This document shows positions 52,501-64,000 of a DNA stretch of 64,000 bases, piece after piece. The stretch comes from Bugula neritina (lineage: Eukaryota > Animalia > Bryozoa). The notes below the pieces were generated by a model. The model was not told where the DNA came from, searched no databases, and was given only the letters and a program-made list of their open reading frames with translations. The position numbers were made by a program, and so were the translations under genes. Numbering within the stretch: position 1 is the first letter of the stretch; each line of letters opens with the position of its first letter. The DNA lies in assembly GCA_964035545.1 (NCBI GenBank), contig OZ037768.1, positions 13,339,675-13,403,674 of the forward strand. Direction: 5' to 3'.

Positions 52501-55500
52501 AAATAATATAGTAATAATTTAAACCATCTGGGATATCAATAATAGAATACTATAGCAATAGAGTATTGAGTTAGTTCAAAGTTCTAATATGTCCTGTCAT
52601 GTTTGTTGGATTCAGTGTTTCAATTATTTATGAAAGTAACAAACTTAGCGAGCCTATCCAGTACACTGTACACCAGGCCATCACACAAATATTATGTATC
52701 GTATGGATGAGTGCAACTTTCTGTACCCACTAAACTCTGTTATCTAAAATGAAAAATTTTTGCAAGTTGATAACAGAAGCATTTACTAGAAAACTCATAA
52801 AATTGTTTAAGGCTTGAAAGTTTATAGCTTGCAGGTGACTGTTTTCCATCTATAATACTTTGGCATGAGATAAGCTTCAACCTTTATTTGTGCTGGTCTA
52901 TATGTGTGTTGACTATGTTTATTACCGAATACAGTTCTCCTTGCATAGCTCACGGATCCCTTTCTCATGAAATCCTATAGGTGACGAGAAGGGCTTGAAC
53001 CCCCTTTTTTGGCAAAAATACTATTAAAAATCCGTGAAATAAAATGTTTTCGAGTCAATTTCAAATTTTGAGTAAGTAATGCGCCACTTTTGGGGAAGCT
53101 CTCTCTTGTATAACCAATGGCCATGAGATGTGTTGTTTTTATGGTAATAGGACTGGAGGTCAAATGCAATTGTGTGTAAATTGACAAGTTTGGATTAAAT
53201 GGTCAAAAGTATACACGCCTATATGTATGTGCATGTATATGAACAAAATGGCTGAAGGTGAGGTAAGTATGGTATTCTACTATATGTCACAAATTGAGGT
53301 TTCGAGACTCAAAGCTTAGTGAGATACAGAGGAGTACTGTATAGTATATAAGTTTTATATGTTGTATAACTCGTATCCATATGTAACTTTTATGTGCGTT
53401 TAAACTGAAACTAGTTACATTATTGAAGATAAATGTAATAGTAAAGGAATAAAATTAAATCCCAATAGTATGATTCAATTCATTACAAATTACAGTATCA
53501 CTTTTATTAGTTGTGGAGTGGACCAAATTAGTCCTATTTACTGTGAACTATCAAACTGACTCACACTGCTAAGCAAATTAATACTCAAAGGGCTCAAACC
53601 CCAGTGCTAGCATATTGTTTTCTTCATTATAGTATTGCATGTAGTTCAAACAATATAACCCTCGTAAAGAAAGAAAGGCCTGTAATAAGTTTTAATAGCT
53701 CGTAGGATGTAAGCACATCTAAGTGCCGATTATATGAGGCTAGAGGTAGTTGCTTCACCTTGTTTAAGCATACGAGGCCTTTTCATGCCTCATAAAGTTT
53801 AAAGTATTTCCGCTATGCTTTTGCTTTATATTATAATGTATTAGCAAAAGCCCTTACCAGCATATAAAGAAGTATAGGAAAAGTCCAACATCATGCATAT
53901 ATAATATTATAATAGCATTCCGACATCACTACATAACTAAACACGAGAATACAACTCTACTGCAAAATTATGCTTTGCAATCTGCAAATACAGCAATACA
54001 CCGTTTATTGGTGTATTTGCAAGTTAATGTTGCATTTCAGATACTGTATAGAACAAGGTTATTTCATAGTTATATAAATAGTATTGACTCAAAATGAAAC
54101 ACATACAGTATATCTCTTAAGGCAACAACCATCCACATATCTGCTATGGTCTCTTTTTGAATAAAGTAATAGCAATTGCTCCAGGCCCTTAATATGCTCC
54201 TGGTACTGCAGTATGACATTTACATTACTCTGTATATTAATAGACGATAGCATGGCACTGGGTGTTGGCTAAGGGCAATCAGCTATGATTTTGGCTTTAA
54301 ATAGAAAAAATGCTCCCAGCTTCAATTTTATTTTTATTTCCACAGTTTCATTGCTGTATTTACTGCTAAAATCTTAATTTTGGTAATCAACAAACCGACC
54401 TTTTAGCATTTTTGCATTTTTCCATAACTTGTAAAAATTTCATCATACATGCATTATATTGTTAGTGTTATACTTATTTGATAATTTAATTAGTATACAC
54501 AAAGTAAAGTCAGATTTGAAATGAGGTCAGGTTGAATTTTAAAAATTTGGAGGAACACTCAATTTGTAGAATTTCTAACTATACATTTTTAAAATAGGTT
54601 CGTAAATTTAGTTTTTTTCTATAATTATCTTGTGTATATGCAATATAAGCTGCAATTAATAATGAAAAGTTGCTCCTAAACTTTTATTGCTATCTTGCAT
54701 AGCCAATTGTTTTTCAGCCTGTACTACATTTGTAACAAAATGATGAGCATTTCAACATATAGATATGCTATTTGAAAAAATAAACTGAATTTGTTTTAAA
54801 TCTATAAATGGATTAGAATACTGCACTTTCTAACGCCTCATTAGCATGATTGATTTTTTCAAGTGTTTTGCAACAAAATAAGAGTATTTGATTTGAATTA
54901 CAATTGCGTTTGATTTATATCTAATAGTATGCTTATCGCTATACGAAAATACCTATTAGCAGTGTTGTGCTGAGTTGAACAGTTAATAAAGTGAAATATT
55001 TTGATTCCCATGCAGATGATTTTATTAAAGGAGCTCTTAGATGTCATTCATATGTTATCTGATACAGCTTTTTAAATATTTAGCATATGACCTGCATATG
55101 TAACTATACTGACATTCACCTGAGGTTTTACATAATATTATAACCTGTCATGTGTTGTCATACATTCACAGACGACAATCTATCTATCACAAGAATACTC
55201 CTTCCAGCAATTAAATCCCCAAGGTAAAGGTAAATGTCAATGAAGGGAAATTATGAGTGATATATTGAAGATAATAACAATATCCTATTGCTACATTCTA
55301 ATTCTAAAAAACTCACAAGTCTCAACAACTTTACTTTAATACTAATGTGGTGTTTATACGACTAAACTATACAGACTATGCACAGGAGTCTTTACTATTT
55401 CTATAACTTTTGTTGTGAATCATATTTATTAGAAATATTACTTATAACATGATTGATTACAATAATATGCATACATACACTATTCCATATACTATGTTGT

Positions 55501-57739
55501 AAAAATCACTTGGATATCATTAGACACTCAATATTAATTCAATGGTGTAAAATTAACTTTAAATACCTTTAGAAAATATTAATTTGAACTTAGTCATGGC
55601 AACAATATAGACTGAGAGTCAAACACCTTGCTATATTTATTTGTCACTGCAGCATGCATTCGATAACATTTCAACCTCAATCTAAATTTCTTATGAACTG
55701 TCTCTAAGGCTTTAAAACAAAATATTATAGGCCTACCTGTATAGCTTTAGTTTCTAAGCTAAAATCGAAACATATTGGTAGTTGAATTATTTGACCAAAA
55801 GCAACTTCGCAAATGGCTCGGTAAAAGTAGAAATGTTTATCTAATTTTCTATCTAATAGAAATATACAAATTATCAAATCAATTTCTACCTTAGTTAGCC
55901 AGCGTCACCATCATAGCAGTCTGTCAGTGCAAACAACACATTATAAAAAGATTCCTACTTTCACATCCAACCACTAGCAATTTTGATTATAAGAAACTTT
56001 ACAATAACTTTTCTTTATTTTTGCATTTAATTATAATATTAATTGATATTGTTTGTTTTACCCTCAGTAAGTTATTACATGCTTTTATAAAATTCTACAT
56101 AATTTAAAAGTAACAAAAATGGTTAGCCAAACATACATGCGTTGTTTGTATAAGAAAACACCACTATCTATTCAGCCATCTTTGTTATAGCTGATGAGTA
56201 AGAAGAGAGCTACAATAATGATCTCCAGTTTCTGGATATTTGGAGGAATAGTGGCTCTATCAGAGTATATAGTGGGACTCAGAGTGCTCAACACTGAGTT
56301 GTATGGTGACTTGCACTTGTGTGAGCTCCTGGTGGTTAGTTATCACTTCTTAATTAATAATTATAACTGAAATCAAAGAGTCCAAATTTACTGTAGCAAA
56401 ACTTTGCTTTTTATGTGATTTTCATTCTGACATGCAAACTGCTCAGCCATCTTTAGCTGGGTTCTGTTTTCATTTATAGTAATAAAACATTAGACCAGAT
56501 AATATAGTTAGAACTGCTTTACCTGGCAGACATGTTAAGTTAAAATCTATAAAATTTGTTCAGCTTTCCAAAAAAATTCTTTAGCCTATATTGTATACTA
56601 AACTATAAAGCAGAGACATGTCACAATAGAATATATTGCAAATAAGGCAAATATGTCCACTTCTCTTTTTCTCATATAAGATACATTAAGATAGCAGAAT
56701 TTGAATACAAAACTCTTTAAATAAAAGTTTACAATTTGAGCAGTTTTTATCCCTTATCAAAAGTATAGCATGTCTTTTAAAAGTATTATTAAACCGTATT
56801 TTATGAAGCAGGCGTTAAAATTTACTAAAATTGTCAATAAAAATTTTGTTAATATTGATGTTTGTTCTGAAGCTTTAAGCAACACATGTTCATTCATGAT
56901 AATTTCAAATTTTGATTATGGGTTGATAAAACTTAAAGTACTGAGAAAGCAAAACATTAGAATTTAGCATTGAATTTAGTTTTCTAAAAACACGGTAGTT
57001 TATTTTATTTACGCATACCCATCACTGGTATATTTTTAATATATAAAGTTATGTATGCTTCAGAACAGCAGAGTCTACAAAGCAAACTACATTTTGCTGG
57101 CTTTGGCCCCAATCTGCCTTGTAGCGATGACGATGATTTACTACTGCATATTCCGAGAAATTAAGTTACTGGTTGTGGCACCTCCCCCGTTACAGGTATG
57201 AATATAGTTGTTAAAAGCTATAAAATATAAAACAAAAACATTACAATTGTGAGGTGCTGTTTATATTAAGTAATTTGAAATTGCAGGATTTTGGTCAGGC
57301 AAAAAGAGCTTTGTTTACCACTCTAATTATTGGTGGCACTTTTCTCATCTGCTGGCTGCCTTGCTTCGCTCTAACGACAGCTCTTCAAATGATCTTCTAT
57401 CACTTGTCAATTGGAAAAGAAGTCAAGATATCTGATGCTACCCTTATCACATTGCTAAGAATTCAGCAGTGGTCTTACTCTCTGCTGATAGTAAACTCCA
57501 TCTTGGATCCTCTGGTTTACATGACGTACTTGAGAGTAAAACTCAAGAGTCTTTGCCAGTGCGCATTCTCCCAATCTCAGCATCAGTATGCCGCTGTGAT
57601 GACCAGGGATAAAACCAAAGAGGAAGCTGTAACAATTAATACATTAACAGGGGTAAGATCAAGCATCCAAGTATCTACACTTAGTAACTTAATGGCCGTT
57701 GAGTCAGAAGTTAACAGATCATCTCCTGATTGGTTATAA
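49577..57739 (+). CDS. Class A (rhodopsin-like) orphan GPCR (exons 49577-49700, 50544-50860, 56191-56334, 57064-57195, 57287-57739)
   Basis: N-glycosylated N-terminus, TM1 Asn, SLSLSD (TM2), MAIDHW..PFRY (TM3), FW (TM4), FLICWLP (TM6), NSILDPLVY (TM7). All introns are in phase. Confidence 0.92.
49721..49843. repeat. 36-bp tandem repeat (about 3.4 copies) in a GPCR intron
   Basis: Unit TATTACAATATTATATACATTATAGTAACCTCACAA. Confidence 0.95.
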
Positions 57740-58018
57740 AGTAGGACAGATTTAGACAACAGCCATTATATAGTCTGTGACATGACCATCAATTCTATTT
57801 AGTTACAATGTCTATTGAATCAGTTAGCCAAATCACAATTTCATTTAGCAGAATAGGATATTTTACTAAACTAATTATAAGATTTTAAAAGTGCAAATCA
57901 AACCGTAAGAATAATTATTATATTGCAAATTTTAAAAATATAGTTGCTGGCTGTAGTGCTTTGAATCAGTCTGAGTAAAGATTAGTGTAGTAATAATGTA
58001 TGGAACTATCTAGACATT

Positions 58019-58073
58019 TATATATAGGTATATATATATAGGTATATATATATAGGTATATATATAGGTATAT
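58019..58073. repeat. (TA)n-GG microsatellite
   Basis: Repeated TATATA(TA)nGG units. Confidence 0.9.
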
Positions 58074-58650
58074 AAAATATAATATAATAACTATTATTAT
58101 TTAATCAAAATCATACCTGCTTAAATTAATTTATGTATAACTATTTATTGTCTGCTTGTGTGCTAAAGATTAATCATTCATAATTCAGTGAAAGTATATG
58201 ACATGTAAGATCTAAATATTACTATTTGGTTGATGTTTGGTGTTATAGTATAGTGAATTGTATTTCTAAAAATATGCTTGAAAAGAAGAAAATTTAACTT
58301 GAAATAATGATTTTAATACCTAAGTTGGCTGTAGCTACATAACATCTGGTCTACACTTTGAAGTTACCATAGGTGGTAACAGATTTTATCTGCTAAAAAC
58401 TGCTGTATAATTTAACATTTATTTTAAAATATTATGTTTAGGTGGAAAATAAATGAGTTATATTTCTACAATTAGTACAATTTTGATCTTTGATATCAAA
58501 AAATATGAGAGCTTTAATGGCATCCGAAAATTAAACAGGTTTTAATGTTAATAAAAGAATTAATGAGTGCAAAAATAAAAAAATTTACAGAAACTGTAGC
58601 AAAAGTTAAACACGTATAATATATTAGAAAATGTTAAACTATTAAAATAG

Positions 58651-61600
58651 CTATGTGCAAGTATTCAAGATAAAGATAAAGATACTAAATGAAATAAAAT
58701 CCGTTAGTGGGTGATAACTGGAGTTATATTGAACAGCTTTCTGCTTGTTTGCATATTTTATTGAAACTTGAGTAGAAGTACTATGATGTCTAGATTGACT
58801 AGATGCATTTACATATGTTGTGTTTCTGGAAGACGTCAAAGTGGAAGAAATTGTATCATATTGTTTTGAAAATCTTTTACCAGGAGTGGATGAGGATTGA
58901 ATAGGAGTTGAGGGGTTTGGTTTAACAGTTCTTGACTGTGCAGTGGATGAGTGTTGACTCACGGTAGCCTCGTGTGTTTTAGAAGTTTTAGCAGTTGTTG
59001 AGTATTGCTTAATAGTGCTGGAAGCACTAAATAATGTGGGTTCGCTAGTTGTGAAGGTAGATGACTCATCGTCTTGTTTACTAAGGGTGGATACACCTGG
59101 TGTAGTTCCAAGGGGGCTTGACTGAGTCAACTCAGGTGTAGCACTCAATGTGCTAAATGACTCAGTACTAGTCACCTCTAAAGGTGATCTGTAGTCTTGG
59201 TCTGCTGCATGCAATATTTCATATAAATTTGGTCGAGTGTTTTCGATGTGCTTAAAATAATACCTGAAAGAAAATAAATCTAGCATCATGCAATATTTGA
59301 CCCAAAATGTGTTATCAACTGCTTTATTGCCCCTGAGTTCAACAGAATATTATGGGTTACATGCTCATTTGTTACAAATATTCTTAGCATAGAGTGTTGT
59401 TGAACATTTTGCCATTTACCTGAAACCATCCAAAAGCTCCATAGCTGTGGGCGCAATTCGCTCTCTTGGTAGAACAAATGACGTGCTAGGTAACTCAATA
59501 GTGTATGCATAAGGTATCAGAGCACTGCCATATGCCCACGATTCAGAGCTTCCTGACGCAACATCTACAATAACCTCAACCAGTTGAAAATAACCGCAGT
59601 TTGTTTACAAGTATATTGAAAACATTACATAATATTACTTCTATTATTACATATTACATATTATAAATGTATATATAGTGTGTATGTTGTGTGTGTGTTG
59701 TGTGTGTGTATGTATGAGAACATAGTTATGATTTTTGAGAAACATTCTTCCATTTTTAATGCAGACAACAACAAAACAGATATTGTGTTGCCAATGGTGG
59801 TCTTCACCGGATGCATTTGGAGAGCAACTCTACTACCCTCCCCTCTACTTACATAAAAGGTCTGTCACAGAACCTGTTTGATAGGTAATATTATTCAATT
59901 GGCTCAACCCTTCAGCAAATTCGTGTGCAGCCGAGGCGTGATAGTGATAGTCAGGGGAATCTAAGTCAGAATGAGACCACGGGAATAATATGAGCTGGCC
60001 GTAGCTGAAACAGACATTGGTGCATGTGATGCTACATAAACATGTAAATAAAAAATATCTACTTGCAGATGAAACTTTTCATATAAGAAGTTTGCTAAAG
60101 CTAAATATTGTCAGTCTCTAAATGTTTTGTGCTAACACGTGCAGTGTAAAATATACTCCAACTAAGTGACTCAATATTAAGTAACACCATGCAAAGGCTT
60201 TTACTAGTGTTGCCTGAGTATCTACAAATGGAAATTTGGTTTCTCAGTGGGTATAGCATGCTTTGTATGCAAATAGAGAATCTGTTACTTTTCTTTACAG
60301 TTTTACTTTTCCATTTACAGCTGATTAAATAGAAATTTAAAAGCAATTAACAGTAACTATAGCAAAAAAATTATTCCACAATCGAAGAATCACAAGAATA
60401 GCTGAATATAATATCAGCCAAGGTCTACCTGCAATGATGTTTATTACCTGTGAAAGGAGAAGTATGAATGCCATGTGCCGTTATATCTGTTGATATACTC
60501 TGCTGCGCTTTTAGTCTCAGACTCAGAAAACTCTGATTTACCTCGATACAGTTCTGAGCACAACCACTTGCTCCCACCCAGCCCTGAATTAAACCATCAT
60601 TTGCATTATAAGACATACACAACAGATGTTTATAAATATAATATTTGTACATACTAAAAACTGGTAGGCCTATGTAGTTATTAATAAAAAGTATAACAAT
60701 GTTCTTTTTTATAAAAACAGACAAAAACATTTAGCGTTGTAATTTATAAGTATAATGACTGTATTCTGTAAACACATTATTTGACTTTAATTTTAGAGTT
60801 TTTAATATAATTAATATAAATTAAATTCACAGGGAATATTGTCCTTATCTGTATGAGCAGCCAGTGTCAAGCTTATTACAAGTTGTATACTTTTACCTGA
60901 CCAATGAAACCCCCAGTTTCTGTTGAGATCCACACCAATGCACCGGGTTCCATTATATATAACTTTTCTATTTTTCCTCCAAAACCTTGTCTAAAATACA
61001 AATCAATTAGTTTAGGCAGCAGCAATGCATGATAATAGTTTGTATTACTGCCTGGTTTTATGTTTCAGCTCTTTGTAAGCAGACAGTTTGGTGCACATGT
61101 CAGAGTTGTAAGCACTCAAAACTTAATACAATGAATGTTAAACAATGAGCAAAACTAAATTTGACATTACAAAAATAAATAATTTTTCTAAATTTTTCTA
61201 TTATAGAACATAATTTATAGCATCACATTATCTCTAAAGTCACTCTGTATTATAAGCACCTGTGAACTGCTGTACGTGTACTCATATCCATCAGGATTCA
61301 TGACTGGTAGGAAATGAAACTCGTATTTATCTAAGAGCTGCACTGTCCAACTATCTTTTTCTGTGTAGCCTTTGACCATCTAAAGTACACACAATTCAGG
61401 GTTGTTTGGTAAATGCTGAGGTCATAGTTTAAATAACTTAGGCACTGTTTCCCTCGCTAGAACATACACACTATGAGGGTTGATAGTCCAGGTACTGTGG
61501 CTTGAAAAACATGGTTATACGATGTCAGCATAATATAGAATGGCAATGGATTAGCATTCAACTGCAGTAACAGAGAAATTACAATAGCCTAACTTCTTCA

Positions 61601-63710
61601 ATTGACTTTATGATTTCAGTTTAGGGGTTGGGTTGCAAATATCTTGAGAATATAACCTATTTTGTAACAAATCCCATCTAAAAAGCAGGCTTTTCCTAAT
61701 TTATCAATTGCTGCACATAACTCTGCATCAGCCCGTTGCTACAATTTAGCATCGAAATTTTCACGATATATAATTTTACAAAAAAGACAAAGTCTACTTT
61801 TTAGTTACTAAAGCAATAAATATAGGATTTATTTATCTGACTATACCATACCTGGTTGCTAAACATACAGGAGTACACAATGAATTAAATTACCACATAA
61901 GCACAGCAATTAAAACTTATTGGTTCATGTGAAACACAATGTTGTTTATCTCCCCATACTCAAAGCTGGCTAACAAAGTTGTTTGATATCAAGCAAGTGA
62001 AATATACAGCATCGGGTAATGCACAATTTCAAGTGAAAAGAGCAGAAACAATACTGACAGCTTTATTCTGATAAAACATAGCAACTGTTAACCATGAGCT
62101 ACTCAATATGACACATTACCTGCTGAATCATATAAATGATAGCTGCCGGTGATATCCACTCTCTAGAATGTTGGGTGCCTTCAATGAACACCCTCACTCC
62201 AGACTTCCCTGCCAGACCATGAAGCTAAAAAATGTAACATCAATACATTTTCTCTTTTATGAAAATTGCTCTTAGTAGCAACTCATTATTTTGAGTGCTT
62301 TTGGTTTAGGCTGAACATTTGCTTTAAGCTGATTATGAAAACTGAGGTGGTCAATTAGTATTATAATAATGACCTAATTTGTAATTTTGATACATAATAA
62401 AAATTGTGAAACTAATTACTACAAATTCTTAAAGTAAACAAACTAATAAAGACCAACACTTCAAAATATTTAACTGGTTTATTTATTTATAATACAGAGC
62501 TACTGTTGAGAGGTAACGTGGGTCAAGCAGTGCACTACTGAAGAATAATAATATGAAGCTTCATCACAACAACTGGTATAATTACATTTCAGTGATGTTA
62601 CAGTGCTCATAGCTACTATACAAATAGCTAACTTATTTTGGGTTACAAATCATTATGAAGCCCATCCTTCTACTCTGGCATATATTGCTTAGCTTAGGGC
62701 CACACTGTGCGTATTTTCGCATGCGAAAATTAAAATCACAAGTAGCAAAGGTGTCCACTGTAGCGTCAGTGATGCGTGATAAATAAAGCTTTCATTTTTA
62801 AATCGCACTCGCTTTCAATAAAACGCAATTTACTGGAATATAGCACTAAATAAAGAAATTGGGCTCGCTGATTAACTACTAGCCAATTAGGTGACGACGA
62901 CAGAGACGATTCGCACTTGCGTTGAAAATGCAGAGCGACAAGTGCGAATGTTTTCTCAACGCGCACAGTGGACACCTTTGCTACTTGTGATTTCAATTTT
63001 CGCATGCGAAAATACGCACCGTGTGGCCCTAGGCTTAGTCTGCATGCATCCCTGCATAGTGAGCAGGAGTTATGCATGAGAACTTTGCACATCCCTTCTG
63101 ATTTTAATCTTTTAAATCAAAAGCCATTCATAAATCAATAGGTTGCAGGGTAGTCCACCTTTGAATGACTTTCTTTAGAATTACAAGAATATAATTTCAA
63201 AGCAATTGCCCAGCCAATAATATTTTTTGTAACAAATACTAAAATGATTAGAGAAAACACAAGCAGTATCTACTGTAGCTGTAGGCTAAGATAGTGTAAT
63301 GTCTTTGATGCTTTTGTAATACCACTACGTAACCAAAATCATATTTCGATAGTTGAGATTACTGGCAGTCAAAACATCTACTTGAAAGTTAAGTATGAAA
63401 GAGGTTGGTGCAATAATAGAGAAATTGAGAAAAGCCTGTATTCTTGATTAGAAATGTAGCAAGAGAAGTTATGTTCCCGCAAGAATTTCAACCCGTCCCA
63501 ATCTAAAATTTAATAATAAAATTAAAGAATTTAGGCTATCTCAATTTCTCCACTACTGCTCCTAAATGGTATGGAAATATCCAACAGATTGGTTAGTGTC
63601 AGCAGTACCTTAATTACTTTGATGTCTCTTCCTTCATAAGATGATCCAATAACTTCAGTCTGACAGAGTTGGGGGTGAGACACAGCGAGTTCGTCTAGAT
63701 ACTCCATTAT
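58651..63710 (-). CDS. M14A zinc carboxypeptidase (CPA/CPB-like) with Ser/Thr stalk and hydrophobic C-terminus; 5' end not found in window (exons 63710-63609, 62224-62120, 61379-61260, 60990-60897, 60583-60448, 60004-59853, 59564-59420, 59263-58651)
   Basis: IGSSYEGRDI, HSREW (zinc ligands), NPDGY, WRKNR, GVDLNRNW, FSESET, FHSYGQ and YTIEL (catalytic Glu). All splice phases are consistent. Confidence 0.95.
62692..63034. mobile_element. PIF/Harbinger-type MITE in a carboxypeptidase intron
   Basis: Near-perfect TIRs of about 70 bp (GCTTAGGGCCACAC...GTGTGGCCCTAGGC) with TTA on both sides. Confidence 0.9.
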
Positions 63711-64000
63711 CTAATGAAAATAAGCATTATAATTCCCTGTAATGCAATAACTGTTTGCATACAAATAGAGAGTTGTTAGCTGACACAAACTGCATTTAGT
63801 TTCTGTACTACAGTCAGTATATTAAATTAATTTTCTTCTTATAGTCATTACTCTGTTTTCAGAATCTTAACCTATAACTATCCCACTCTGCTGCAGCTTT
63901 CTTATAACGATGGCTATATAAGGAACAGAATTTGGTATGTTATTTACACAGAGAAGACCTGTTGGAGGCAAGAAGTTCTTGTGAAAAAAAGCAATTGAAG

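Noticed and set aside
62766-63092. ORFs on both strands
   Set aside because: They fall mostly within the non-coding MITE.

Overview
AT-rich genomic DNA from an animal, probably an invertebrate (the species cannot be determined from sequence alone), with GT-AG introns. The left arm is gene-dense: the last five coding exons of ELP1 (+), a two-exon FoxB forkhead gene (+), an unrecognised multi-exon gene (-) and a six-exon SLC35A nucleotide-sugar transporter (-). The right arm holds a five-exon class A GPCR (+) and the 3' eight exons of an M14A zinc carboxypeptidase with a mucin stalk and a hydrophobic tail (-). Between the divergent SLC35A and GPCR genes lies a block of about 27 kb (roughly 20.7-48 kb) made almost entirely of nested, decayed transposons: LINEs, Gypsy, a gag-only LTR element, a KDZ/Kyakuja-type element, pogo/Tigger, two hATs, an LTR pair enclosing exon-like DNA, and a spliced DUF3987-like ATPase relic. 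The most striking feature is that every orientable TE coding fragment between about 21.8 and 44.5 kb lies on the minus strand, the architecture of a uni-strand (flamenco-like) piRNA cluster. Exon boundaries and translations were read by hand. Family assignments rest on recalled motifs, not database searches.
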